A stretch of DNA of 63,206 bases, filler included, from Octopus bimaculoides (GCF_001194135.2; 4 parts of 3 records of this genome joined end to end with filler, not necessarily neighbours in it), one strand, 5' to 3'. Numbered from the whole stretch's first letter, positions 13,310-26,182 are shown. The notes: generated by a model not told the origin, from the sequence alone. Made by a program: numbers and translations.

Positions 13310-13953
13310 CACTGTCCAATTTTTCCTGTCTTGGTTTGTGTTTGCCACCTTGGAATCCTCTGTGTAGTGGGTTGATCCACTACTCAGGAAGAGACTATTC
13401 TAGAGTACTTTCTGTCTTATCTTCGAAACGTCTAGTTAGAATAGAGACAGCTGATGAATGGATATTCCAAGTGGCTTTCCGTTTTCCTATGTGTTCGTTC
13501 CGTTGTCTGTAGTTCATTGTTCTAACGTCCTGTACCCTGATATGCATATATATATACACATGTAGATGTAAGTATGTAAATATATGTGTGTATACATGTA
13601 TATATATTCTTTGTATTGTATATATATATATACTTGGAAATGGATGCGTGGCGTTCGATCCCCTTCGAAACGCAGAGTAGATAAAACAGGGGACAACTGA
13701 TGAAGGGAATGTTCTTTATGTTGCCTGTCTCGTTTCTCTATTTGTTTCTTTCGTTGTTCGCAAAAAAAAGTTAGTTTTCTATGTTTTTGTTTTTTTATGT
13801 TCTCCTTTCTCATTTTGTTCACGCTTTTTTTTATGTCCTGTACCCATATATGCATGTATATATACATATACATGCATACACGTAGGTATGTACATATATG
13901 TATGTATATATGCATATATTTATGTATAATATATATATATGCATATATTTATG

Positions 13954-13996
<43 letters not shown>

Positions 13997-14683
13997 AGGT
14001 ATAGAGATAAAAATATAGATCGGCACGTATACACACACATATTCTTGTTGCAGCCATTTGACTGCGGCCATGCTGGAGCTTCACCTTTAGTCGAACCAAT
14101 CGACCCCANNNNNNNNNNNNNNNNNNNNNNNNNNNNNNNNNNNNNNNNNNNNNNNNNNNNNNNNNNNNNNNNNNNNNNNNNNNNNNNNNNNNNNNNNNNN
14201 NNNNNNNNNNNNNNNNNNNNNNNNNNNNNNNNNNNNNNNNNNNNNNNNNNNNNNNNNNNNNNNNNNNNNNNNNNNNNNNNNNNNNNNNNNNNNNNNNNNN
14301 NNNNNNNNNNNNNNNNNNNNNNNNNNNNNNNNNNNNNNNNNNNNNNNNNNNNNNNNNNNNNNNNNNNNNNNNNNNNNNNNNNNNNNNNNNNNNNNNNNNN
14401 NNNNNNNNNNNNNNNNNNNNNNNNNNNNNNNNNNNNNNNNNNNNNNNNNNNNNNNNNNNNNNNNNNNNNNNNNNNNNNNNNNNNNNNNNNNNNNNNNNNN
14501 NNNNNNNNNNNNNNNNNNNNNNNNNNNNNNNNNNNNNNNNNNNNNNNNNNNNNNNNNNNNNNNNNNNNNNNNNNNNNNNNNNNNNNNNNNNNNNNNNNNN
14601 NNNNNNNNNNNNNNNNNNNNNNNNNNNNNGCGCTCACATACACACACACACACACACATACACACACACACACACACACACAT

Positions 14684-14726
<43 letters not shown>

Positions 14727-15524
14727 AATATTTAGAGAGAAAAACGAAAGAGATAGCTAGATAGACAGTTAGATACATACATAAAGAAATAGATCGGTAG
14801 ATAGATAGATATACTGATAAAGAGACAGACAGATGGATGGATGGATAAATAGGTACAGTGGACAATATTTAGCCCCTGATATACTAAAATATGGGGTGGT
14901 CGTAGTTGGAACGCCCTTACTAGATGAAATACATTTGTTTGCCTAGAAATAACAGCCAGATCTGCTTCAAACGGGTAAGGATATATTGGGTAATGAGCAA
15001 GAGTTCGTACCGTCAGTGGTGGTAGGTTGGCAGCCCCTGTAGTGTACCAGAATAAATATCTTGAGGTATTTTTTATGTTCTGAGTTCAAATTCAACTCAC
15101 GTCAGTTTCGTTTTCCTAACATATTTTTTGTGTTAACAGATTAACGGGTTAGATTTTATGAAAACAAAAATGTAAAAGAAATGAAAAGTAAACAATAAAA
15201 GAACCCCTAAAATTCTCGGAAGTGACGACACTAGCAAAGGAAAGAATGGAACGTGAAGTACATATTTTAAGGCACTGTTATCATTTAGCCCTTGGCCCAG
15301 CTTTACTGAGATTTCCTTAAATCAAAGGTGTTCCGGTCATGACCGTACTAATTTCCTCCAAGAAAGAATGTGTATTGGTTTAGATTATCCAATATTTTCT
15401 GTTTAAAAATCAATAGAGAGCAATTTGAAGGCGATTTAACAGCTATTTCTAGAAGGTCAAGACCATATTAAAGCTTTAATTGGTTTGTGGAAATTATACT
15501 TTATAAAATTAGTCGTTATATATT

Positions 15525-15738
15525 TTTGATCAAATACATTTTAGACTAAATGTGTTTTCGACCAAATAAATTTTCGACCGGATATATATCAATCAAATAT
15601 TTTCAACCAGATATATTTTCGACCAATGGCAAATATAATGTTCAGCCAAATATATTTTCGACCAAATATATTTTCGACCAAATATATTTTCGATCAAATA
15701 TATTTTCGACCAATGACTAATATATTTTTAACGAAATA
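15525..15738 (+). repeat. 16-bp tandem repeat (CAAATATATTTTCGAC), continues at 16286-16345
   Basis: About a dozen degenerate units, interrupted by the mariner element. Confidence 0.85.
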
Positions 15739-15740
15739 TA

Positions 15741-16283
15741 TGACAGTGAGTCAAAAAGTAATACCATTTTGTTTAGGAGAGGTATAATTACCAACACAGG
15801 AACATGTATCATACATCAAAATGAAGCTGGTCCTCTGTGGATCACATCCCTAATTCTCAACATAGTCACCTTTTCTCTCAATAGCAATGTTCTACCTTCG
15901 AATGAGAGCATGTATCCTTCCCCCGTAAAATTCTGTTGACTGTGCTTTGAGCCACTTCTTCACTACAAAATCAAAGAGACAACACCTTCTTCCGAAAGCT
16001 CGTAACAGGTGATGAAACATGGGTCCATCATTATGAAATGGAATCAAAGAGGCAGTCAATGGATTGGCGCCACTCTACGTCACCACCACCGAAAACGTTC
16101 AAGACGCAAAAGTCAGCTGGAAAAATCTTTTGGGATGCTCAAGGTGTCATTCTGGTCGATTTCTTGCCAAAAGGAAAAACAATAAACTCATAATAAGCTT
16201 CATTTTGATGTCTGATACATGTTCCTGTGTTGGTAATTATACCTGTCCTAAACAAAATGGCATTACTTTTTGACTCACCCTCG
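15741..16283 (+). mobile_element. Non-autonomous mariner with ~90-bp TIRs and TA TSD
   Basis: TIRs ..GTGAGTCAAAAAGTAATACCATTTTGTTTAGG..AAATGAAGCT and its complement; internal RKLVTGDETWVHHYEMESKRQSMDW..FWDAQGVILVDFLPKGKTINS (first catalytic D). Confidence 0.95.
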
Positions 16284-17512
16284 TATTATCGACTAAATAC
16301 ATTTTTGATCAAATATATTTTCGGCCAAATATATTTGCAATCAACTAGACCAAATCTTCATATTCCGGAAAGCTAGACGTTTTCGTGACCTTTCACTATT
16401 ATATTAAGGAAATACAAGAGGAAAAAAAATTTATGAAGTATTTCCTTAAAGAAAATGTTATTAAACCAACCGTTTCTCAAGCATTATCAAGAGACTTGTT
16501 ATTTAACGGTGTTAAATTAATTACTTTAAGCACCACCTCTGCTAATTAGTCCGCTTAGTAATCACGGTATTGCTGCCAACGGCATTTTGTGAGAAATACT
16601 GAAAGATTGGATAAAGTGGGATATAAGGGGAGATAAGTTGAGAAACACTTTGATGTGTCGGTGATGTTTTTGTTGTTATTGATATTGTAGGACGGTGGAT
16701 TTGGCGGAATCGGTTGAGCGCCGAAAAGTTAAACAAGAAACATTCTGTGGTATTTTTTTTGTCTGGTGCTTTATATTTGAGTTCAAATCCTATTGAAATC
16801 AACTTGATCTTTTTATCCTTTCCGTGTCGATAAAACAAAACCGATCAGCCAAATCCAGAGGTCATCAGTATCGACGAACCTGTCCCCTAAATACTGCTGG
16901 TTTTGTACCTAATTTAGAAACCATGATTGTTGTTGCTCTTTCTGGTTCTTTACATTGAGTTCAAATCCCGCCGAGGTCAGTCTTGACTTTTATTCTTTCA
17001 AGGTCGATAAAATAAAGTAGCAGTCAAGTACAGGGGTCGTTAGTCGCGACTAATCCTTTCCCCTCAAAATTGATGGCCCGGGACCTAACTCAGAAACTTG
17101 TTGCTTTCGGTTCTTTACGTTCTGAGTTCAAATCCCGCCAAAGTCAACTTTGCCTTTTACCCGTCACGGTTCGATAAAATAATTCGGTGAGTTGGAAGAA
17201 TCGTTAGAGCGTCGAACAAAATGCTTTGCAATATTTCTTCTAACTCTTTACACTCTGATTTCAATCTTGTCGAAGTCATATCTCAAGTCTAAGGACAATT
17301 TCCATCCTTTCTCCCACTAGTCTCGGAGTCACTGAAAAAGAGAGTTCGAGTAGCGTCTCAGAGACCCTCAAAGAGTGTCTTCCACCAGTCTTAGTGGCTC
17401 TGAAGAAGGTCTTAAGTTGTGACTAAACAATGTAGAAAAAACTTCATCAAAAGCAGAAATATAGGAGAAAGTCAGTCAACCATATCAGGTGGTGTTAAAA
17501 CTTGTGGAAAAA

Positions 17513-18150
17513 TGTTAGACAGTGTGAGGCTGTATTAGACCGAGTGAAGCGCTGTTTGACTGTATCAGGCTATGTTAGACCGAATGAGGCTGTGTTAGAC
17601 CATGTAAAGCCTATAGACCGTGTGTGGTCTTATTAGGCCATGTTAGACCGTGTGAGACTGTATTACACCGCGTAAAGCTGTTAGACTGTCTAAAGTTTTA
17701 TTAGGCTACATTAGACCTCGTAAAGCTATGTTAGACCGTGTGAGGATGTGTTAGACTGTATGAGGCTGTGTTAGACCGTGTAAAGCATATGGACCGTTTG
17801 AAGTTGTATTACGCCATATCAGACCTAATGAGGCTATGTTAGACCGCGAGAGGCTGTGTTAGACTGTGTAAAGCTGTTAGACCATGTGAGGTTGTATTAG
17901 GCCATGTTAGATCATGTGAGGCTGTGACTGGCCGTGTTAGACTGTGTTAAGCTATATCAGACTGCGTGAGGCTTTGTCAGGCTGTGTTAGGCTGTGTCAG
18001 GCTGTCTTAGGCTGTATAAGGCCGTGTTAGACCGTATGAGGTCATGTGATGCCGTTAAATCGTGTTAGACCGTGTGAAGCTGTATTGGGCTCCGTTTGGC
18101 CCTGTTAAAGCATGTGAGGTTAGACCGTGCTAGACGGTGTAAGGTTGTGT
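17513..18150 (+). repeat. Degenerate ~20-bp minisatellite (GCTGTGTTAGACCGTGTGAG-like)
   Basis: Roughly 30 units with a recurring TTAGAC core; no unique spacers. Confidence 0.9.
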
Positions 18151-18364
18151 AATGGTGAAATTGTTACCTGTAGGTGGAATGCTTTCAATTAGCCAACGAT
18201 GTAGCACTTTAAAGTCACAGACTGTTTATTCTCGCTAGAGTTCACTTAGGTCTCTACTTGTTTCATAACATCATATTTTGAAGTTTTGCCAATGTTTTCA
18301 GCTGCAAATTACAGTTGCCAACGTAGACAGATCGCCTTCATTAACTTAGTTTTGTGTAGTGTTT

Positions 18365-18399
<35 letters not shown>

Positions 18400-18861
18400 T
18401 GTGTGTGGATGTGTGTGTGTGTGTGGATGTGAGTACGTAGATGTGTGATTGTGAATGTGTGTACATTAGGCTACGTATAAAATAACTTTGTCACTCTTCG
18501 TTCGTGCGTGAGAATATGATGTGTGTTTGTGTATATATNNNNNNNNNNNNNNNNNNNNNNNNNNNNNNNNNNNNNNNNNNNNNNNNNNNNNNNNNNNNNN
18601 NNNNNNNNNNNNNNNNNNNNNNNNNNNNNNNNNNNNNNNNNNNNNNNNNNNNNNNNNNNNNNNNNNNNNNNNNNNNNNNNNNNNNNNNNNNNNNNNNNNN
18701 NNNNNNNNNNNNNNNNNNNNNNNNNNNNNNNNNNNNNNNNNNNNNNNNNNNNNNNNNNNNNNNNNNNNNNNNNNNNNNNNNNNNNNNNNNNNNNNNNNNN
18801 NNNNNNNNNNNNNNNNNNNNNNNNNNNNNNNNNNNNNNNNNNNNNNNNNNNNNNNNNNNNN

Positions 18862-18936
<75 letters not shown>

Positions 18937-19189
18937 CGTATGTGTGTGTGTGTATGTGCACGTGTATGCGCACGTGAATGGGAGTGTGTATGTAAGTATA
19001 TGCTTACGGGTGCGCCGATGCGAGTGTCAGTATGTGAGTGTGTGTATGTGTGTATGTGTATGTGTGTGTGTGTGTGTGCGTGCGCGCCAATATATTGAGA
19101 ACTTCTAAGAAGATTACAATGAAGACATACCTGGAGTATCACTAAGGCAATCTAATATTATTAGATGACGTTCGCAAATAACGACAGAC

Positions 19190-19320
19190 CGGAATAATGA
19201 CTTACAGCAATGACTTATTACCATTGTAATGACACATTTCTCTGTAATGATTCATTGGCATAGTAATGACATGTTACCCCAGCAATGATATATTCCCACT
19301 CTAATGACATATTGCTACAG
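19190..19320 (+). repeat. Degenerate minisatellite with (G/C)TAATGAC core
   Basis: TAATGA/CAATGA recurring about every 18 bp, seven times. Confidence 0.6.
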
Positions 19321-19564
19321 TCACATGTATATGATAAGTTCAAAATCGGAGGCGTAGGTATTAGATTTATTTTTTCATTACGATCGTTTCAACACTAGAT
19401 GGTTCAGAGTCATCATGAATATAAATGATTGCATAATAATACAATCTATTACATATCACCCGAAATTTATCTCCTCAGATATAGATAAAAAATCATGAAA
19501 CGAGAAAATCGTTCTGATTTCTAAATCCCATTTAAACTGATATGTGTGTGTGTGTGTGTATATT

Positions 19565-19928
19565 CTTTTATTCTTTTATTTGTTTCATACTGGAGCACCA
19601 CCTTCAGTCGAGCAAATCGAGCCCAGGACTTATTCTTTGTAAGCCTAGTACTTATTCTATCGGTTCCTTTTGCCGAACCGCTATATTACGGGGATGTAAA
19701 CACACCAGCATCGGTTGTCAAGCGATGTTGGGGGGACAAACACAGACACACAAACATATACACACACATACGTATATACGACGGGCTTCTTTCAGTTTCC
19801 ATCTACCAAATCCACTCACAAGGCTTTGGTCGGCCCGAGGCTATAGTAGAAGACACTTGCCGAAGGTGCCTCGCAGTTGGACTGAACCCGGAGCCACGTT
19901 GTTGGTAAGCAAGCTACTTACCACACAA
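19565..19928 (-). mobile_element. SINE family A
   Basis: Near full length; head-to-head with 19993-20370. Confidence 0.9.
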
Positions 19929-19932
19929 CAAC

Positions 19933-19963
<31 letters not shown>

Positions 19964-19992
19964 CAGATAGATAGATAGATAGGTAGATCGTT

Positions 19993-20370
19993 GGCTGTGA
20001 GGAAAGAAGTTCACCTTCCCAACCACATGGTTCCGGATTCAGTCCCACTGCGTGACACCTTGAGCAAGTGTCTTCTACTATAGCCTCGATTGAGGCCTTG
20101 TAAGCGTATTTAGTAGACGGAAACTGAAAGAAGCCCGTCGTATATATATATCGATGTGTGTGTCTTTGTGTCTCCGTCCTTCACCATGATTGACAACCGG
20201 TGCTGGTGTGTTTATGTCCCCGTAACATAGCGGTTCAGGAAAAGAAAAGCCAACAGAGAATAAGTATCAGGCTTTAAAAAAATGTGTTGGGGCCGATTAA
20301 TTCGACCAAAGTCTCTTCAAGGTAGTGCCCCAGCATGGCCGCAGTCTAATGACTGAAACAAGTAAAAGAT
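19993..20370 (+). mobile_element. SINE family A
   Basis: Near full length. Confidence 0.9.
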
Positions 20371-20745
20371 ATATGAAACGCTATGCCACAAACTGATTCA
20401 ACAATGGATACAAAGTGGATTTTAATCTTGGATACAGCAGTTTCTTTGGACGTTGTGCTAATTTAAAAGATGTCGATAAGAAATAGTTTCTAACAACGAG
20501 AGGCCTTTTACTGGGTCACACAGTTCCAACAACAGGTGGAATCTGACTTCGCGTTATTATTTAGAACTTTTATATAATACAACCCAAAATTCCATATTCT
20601 TTGTTCTTTGGTATTTTATTTTCATAAATATTGCTGCTGCTTCGGTGGCCCAGTAGGCATGGGTGTTGAGAAGTAGTAATACAACACATAGGTAGTGGTT
20701 TCAAATCTCTTCCAAAATTTCAAGAGGTCTAGTTACAAGTTTTCA

Positions 20746-20914
20746 TAGGCGCAGGAGTGGCTGTGTGGTAAGTAGCTTGCTTACCAAGCACATGGTTCCG
20801 AGTTCGGTCCCCACTGTGTGGTACCTTGGGCAAGTGTCTTCTACTATAGCTTCGGGCTGACCAAAGCCTTCTGAGTGGATTTGGTAGATAGAAACTGAAA
20901 TAAGCCCGTCGTAT
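20746..20914 (+). mobile_element. SINE family A 5' half with intact head
   Basis: TAGGCGCAGGAGTGGCTGTGTGGTAAG (A box) .. AGTTCGGTCCC (B box). Confidence 0.85.
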
Positions 20915-20989
<75 letters not shown>

Positions 20990-21643
20990 TGCATTTATAG
21001 TTGGAATTTACAAAAAAAAANNNNNNNNNNNNNNNNNNNNNNNNNNNNNNNNNNNNNNNNNNNNNNNNNNNNNNNNNNNNNNNNNNNNNNNNNNNNNNNN
21101 NNNNNNNNNNNNNNNNNNNNNNNNNNNNNNNNNNNNNNNNNNNNNNNNNNNNNNNNNNNNNNNNNNNNNNNNNNNNNNNNNNNNNNNNNNNNNNNNNNNN
21201 NNNNNNNNNNNNNNNNNNNNNNNNNNNNNNNNNNNNNNNNNNNNNNNNNNNNNNNNNNNNNNNNNNNNNNNNNNNNNNNNNNNNNNNNNNNNNNNNNNNN
21301 NNNNNNNNNNNNNNNNNNNNNNNNNNNNNNNNNNNNNNNNNNNNNNNNNNNNNNNNNNNNNNNNNNNNNNNNNNNNNNNNNNNNNNNNNNNNNNNNNNNN
21401 NNNNNNNNNNNNNNNNNNNNNNNNNNNNNNNNNNNNNNNNNNNNNNNNNNNNNNNNNNNNNNNNNNNNNNNNNNNNNNNNNNNNNNNNNNNNNNNNNNNN
21501 NNNNNNNNNNNNNNNNNNNNNNNNNNNNNNNNNNNNNNNNNNNNNNNNNNNNNNNNNNNNNNNNNNNNNNNNNNNNNNNNNNNNNNNNNNNNNNNNNNNN
21601 NNNNNNNNNNNNNNNNNNNNNNNNNNNNNNNNNNNNNNNNNNN

Positions 21644-21689
<46 letters not shown>

Positions 21690-21797
21690 TAAACACATAA
21701 ATGTAAAACAAGGTGGAAAAAATAGTACTCGAATACCGAAGGTAGAGTAATATGATTTTCTTTTTTTTTTATTAAAGCTGTAAAGACATCACAAAAA

Positions 21798-21837
21798 ACT
21801 TTGACTCAGAGTTTCACGTTCCCGTTCGTCGGACAGT
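21798..21837 (-). ncRNA. Type I hammerhead ribozyme, U4C core variant
   Basis: Minus: ACTGT-CCGACGA-ACG-ggaa-CGT-GAAA-CT-ctg-AG-TC-AAAGT; GNRA-capped stem II, GUC triplet, one mismatch in stem I. Confidence 0.6.
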
Positions 21838-21847
21838 TGTGATCACA

Positions 21848-21887
21848 ATTGCCCCATGAACAGGAACGTGAAACTCTGCGTAGCAGT
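21848..21887 (+). ncRNA. Degenerate type I hammerhead ribozyme (partner arm)
   Basis: ATTGC-CCCATGA-ACA-ggaa-CGT-GAAA-CT-ctg-CG-TA-GCAGT; stem I pairs fully (one G-U), core and stems II/III carry substitutions. Confidence 0.45.
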
Positions 21888-21959
21888 TTTATGCGATGTT
21901 TTTGCAGCTATAATTAAAAGCAGTATATATATACACAACAACCACGAAACCAATGGTTA

Positions 21960-22360
21960 AAATATATGGACGTCCAAACTATAGAAATACCCCAAACTAT
22001 TGGAAGGCTCGGAATTTCAATTCAAAGAAGGAGAGAGGTCCACAATTAACATCAACTTCACTTGCGTATCCGAGAATTTAATTTATGTTATAACTTGTTC
22101 AGGTTGTGGACACAACTATATAGGACAGACAAGTAAGTCACTCAGACGGAGAGGCACACTGCATAAGGAACAGATCCGTTTCCCAAGATATAAACAGATC
22201 TGTTTCCCAAGATATAAACAGATACCTTTGAGTGAACACAAAGAGAGATGTGCAGGGAATCTCCAACCAAATTTCATCTACCAGAGCAAGGAAACAATTT
22301 CTGTACAATAACGTTTTTAAAAAAATTACTTACTGAAAAATACAGAACACGCCTAAATAT
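21960..22360 (+). mobile_element. Penelope-like retroelement GIY-YIG endonuclease fragment (pseudogenised)
   Basis: Translation FTCVSENLIYVITCSGCGHNYIGQTSKSLRRRGTLHKEQI matches the PLE GIY-YIG signature (LIY..C..C...YIGQT...L..R...H); internal tandem duplication and frameshifts. Confidence 0.85.
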
Positions 22361-24863
22361 GATCGCACAACCAGCTTTGGTTTCAGTATATATTTTAATT
22401 CATGATCACATCTCCATCACTGTACATATTTCATCTCACTACTTTAGCTTATGAGCTTCACTGGTTTCACTTTAAAAAAAAAAGATTTTCAAAAGTAAAG
22501 TGCAAGGCTTTGTGTAGCCTTTGTGATGTTAAAAAACGGTTAACATAGATGTATTAAAATACAGTGATAGAGTCTTTGACAATGGTAAGAAAATGTTAAG
22601 AGAGGCTTTGTGCTTAAACAGTTTACATAAATGTGTTCAAAATAGAGAGTAAAATAAATTCATAAGTTTTTATAAGTTTATCAAAAGTCATGATTCTATA
22701 GAAGCATATATGCAGAAAGAATTCGTAGACAGTATTTGGAGAAAACGTGTATTGCTTAGTCAAAACTTCATCAGAGATTATATTTAAGTATTTATACAAA
22801 ATTTTAGGGGAATGATCAACCTTTTTTTCCTTCATCTCCAGTCTTGTATGTGTGTTTGGCAAGGATGGTTGCTATTTTTAGAAATAGTGTGGGAGCTGGT
22901 TGGTGGGGGAAAGCATTCACATGATCTGATTTCGAATAGTTTGTGGAATTAAAAGGAATATTTTGTTTCTGGGCTGGTCTGTCTTGATTCGGTGATTTTT
23001 GAACTGGTCTTAGAGTTCAAGACGGTGTGAGTGAGCGCGTGTGTGTGTGTGTGTGTGGGTGTATGTACGTATATATATATATATATATGTGTGTGTGCGC
23101 GTGTGTGTGTGTGTGTGCTTGTGCATGTGTGGGGTTTTTTTGACTGGACTTAGAATTCAGTGTGGTGTGTGTGTATGGGTCTGTGTNNNNNNNNNNNNNN
23201 NNNNNNNNNNNNNNNNNNNNNNNNNNNNNNNNNNNNNNNNNNNNNNNNNNNNNNNNNNNNNNNNNNNNNNNNNNNNNNNNNNNNNNNNNNNNNNNNNNNN
23301 NNNNNNNNNNNNNGCATACCTATGTGTGCGTTGGGGTGCATATGTATGTATGTGTGTGAGTGTGTTGTATTTATCAGGGGCTCTGTGTGTGTCCGTGTGT
23401 GTCACGTTTATCTGAGTGGTGTGTATGTGTTTGCGTGTGTGTGTGTGTTTGTGTGAGTGTGTCTTGTATTTATCAGGGTGGTGTGTGTTATTGTGTGCGT
23501 GTACGTGTTTGTGTATGTGTGCACGTGTGTGTGTCTGTGAGTCTTTATTGTGATTGTTGAAATTGTATTGTGTGTGTATATGTTTGTGTTTTTTCTTTGA
23601 GTGTGTGTGTGTGTGTTTTCCTGGGAATGGACATATTGCGTTTGTGCGTGTGTACGTATGTGTGTATATATGCGTGTGTGTGTGGGGTGCTGGGGGGTGT
23701 TATATTTGTGTGTATATCTGTGTATATGTGGGTGTGTTTGTGTGAGTGTATCTTGTAATTGTTAGGGCGGTGTGTGTAAGCGTGTGCATGTACGTGTGTA
23801 TATGTGTGTGTGTATATGTGTGTGTGTCTGTGGGTGTTTGCTGTAATTGCTAGAATCGTATTGCATGTGTATATGTGTGTGTTTTTCCAGGAATGTGTGT
23901 GTTTGTGCTCGAAAGTAGTGATATTGTGTTTGTGCGCGTGTGTGTGGGGTTGCATTGTATTTGTGTGTGTGCGTTTGTACATCTGTGCGTTTGTTGTGGA
24001 TGTGTACCTGAAGGGTAGCGGTAGGGGTAAGGTGTTTATGTGTCGGCAGATCAAGTATATTTTTTTGAGATGTTAGTGTATGTTGAGTTGTGGTCTGTAT
24101 TTTTGAACAAGGATGTTTTCCTTATTTATCCGGGTTTGGACAGGAATTTGGGGGACTTATTTTGTGCACAGAGATCTGAGTGGCATCTGTCTTGTGGTGG
24201 GATCTCTTAATTGTTGGCGGTGGACTGTCATCCCATCTCTGAGGGTAAGACTAGGCTTCTCTTCAGTTTCCGTCTACCAAATCCACTCACAAGGCCCGGA
24301 GCTATAGTAGAAGACACTTGTGAAAAGTGCCAGGCAATGGTATTGAACCCGGAACCATATGGTTGAGAAACAACTGCTTACCCAACAGCCACGCCTGCAC
24401 CCATATATCCAGAACTTGTAACACTTTTTTGTTTGTTAAGGCTATTAATGGAATTATTCAAGAGAGGAAGGTCGGTATCAGGAAGTGACCTTTGACATAT
24501 TGAATATTGAGAACAAAACAAGACAAGAAGGAAGAGTGTATCACGAAGCTACATATCTCAGAAGTGGTCAAACAACCCTGAAACTTGATCTAACAACCCC
24601 GTGGCGTGATTGTAACTAATTTCTCTAGGATGGTCATTGTAATGATCGATAGTATGTTCTACATAAGATGGGTTAATGGACATTCATAGAACACGATCAA
24701 TAGAAGACTATCAATGCATGACAAGACGCGAACAGGATTGCGAGACGTGAATCCAATTCGATTAAAAAAAACCCGGGAAAGCTGCAAACCAAACCAGCAT
24801 ACACGATCGCCTCACCTGTAAAGGAAAAAAGCAACGAAATCTCCCTCGAACCACACCTTACAT

Positions 24864-24905
<42 letters not shown>

Positions 24906-25060
24906 CGTCGTCGTCGTCGTCGTCGTCATCATCATCATCATCAGCATCACCATCATCACCACCACCACCACCACCACCACCACCACCACCACCACCACCA
25001 CCACCATAAAATAAATGTCTAAAAAAAATCACAAGTCCAAAATTTTAATGCCCCTTTCTC

Positions 25061-25095
<35 letters not shown>

Positions 25096-25449
25096 CTCTT
25101 TACCTGAATATTCGCTGCTGAAATTCTGGTGCATCTTTTGTGGCATTAAGTACGTTAAACAACGGAAGTTACATTCAGTGGAAATGTTTCACAATAAACT
25201 ATAATTCCGATTTGTAAGGAGCTGAGATGAATAAAATCAACAGTGACTCATTTATCGACAGCAATGGCGGCGCAAAAGCCTCGCTGTGTGAAATCGTGTA
25301 TTGAAACAGACGGTGTACCTGAAATGGACGAGGAGGATGCGTCATAGATAATGTCACAGAAGGCGACCAAAGGACTCTGTCAAACTAATTGATGGATTAA
25401 TCAAACGATTGGTCGAGAAATAGATTAGTTAATTGGTTAATTTTTTAAG

Positions 25450-25511
<62 letters not shown>

Positions 25512-25532
25512 GTCTGTCTGTCTGTCTGTCTC

Positions 25533-25607
<75 letters not shown>

Positions 25608-25738
25608 GTTTGTCTCAATGAAAGAAGAGAGGCAAATAAACAATTCTCTTCAGTTTAAACCAGCAGTTCGCAGACAGGAACCATACGACTCTTGGGGGTC
25701 CATATAAGACTTTGCTGTTCATAAATTGGCCATACTAA

Positions 25739-26182
25739 GGCGGCGAGCTGGCAGGATTGTTAGCCCGTCGGGCGAAATGCTTTGCGGTATTTCGTTTGTC
25801 TTTACGTTCTGAGTTCACATTCCGCCGAGGTCGACCTGGCCTTTCATCCTTTCGGGGTCGACAAATTAAGTAACAGTTGCGTACTGGAATCGATCTAATC
25901 GACTGGCCTCCTCCCCACAAAATTTCGGGCCTTGTGCCAAGAGTAGAAAAGAATATTTATATTGCCAGTGTAGCGAGGCTGGCAGAGACGTTAGTACGCC
26001 GGGCGAAATGCTTAGCGGTATTTTCTCTGTCTTTACGCTCTGAGTTCAAATTCTGCCGAGGTCGACTTTGTCTTTCATCCTTTCGGGGTGGATAAATTAA
26101 GTACTAGTTACGTACGGGGGTCGATCTAATCGAGTAGACCACTCTCTCAAAATTTCGGGCCTTGTGTCTAGAGTAGAAAATA
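25739..26182 (+). mobile_element. SINE family B, two tandem full-length copies
   Basis: GGCGGCGAGCTGGCAG head, GAGTTCA B box, tail GCCTTGTGCC.AGAGTAGAAAA. Confidence 0.9.

Larger units (their letters stand above)
21776..21909. repeat. Palindrome centred on TGTGATCACA, Penelope pLTR-like
   Basis: CAGAGTTTCACGTTCC / GGAACGTGAAACTCTG perfect 16-bp match plus looser outer arms. Confidence 0.9.

Noticed and set aside
17513-18150. CRISPR-like array
   Set aside because: Units are contiguous and degenerate with no unique spacers; eukaryotic context; no cas genes
18174-18228. Minus-strand exon with PX-like CDFKVLHRWL
   Set aside because: The acceptor lacks a polypyrimidine tract and the resemblance is too short
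24697-25032. Poly-G/D/A ORF, with nearby minus-strand splice-like sites at 24819 and 25104
   Set aside because: Trinucleotide repeat translation; the flanking candidate exons have stops or no recognisable protein
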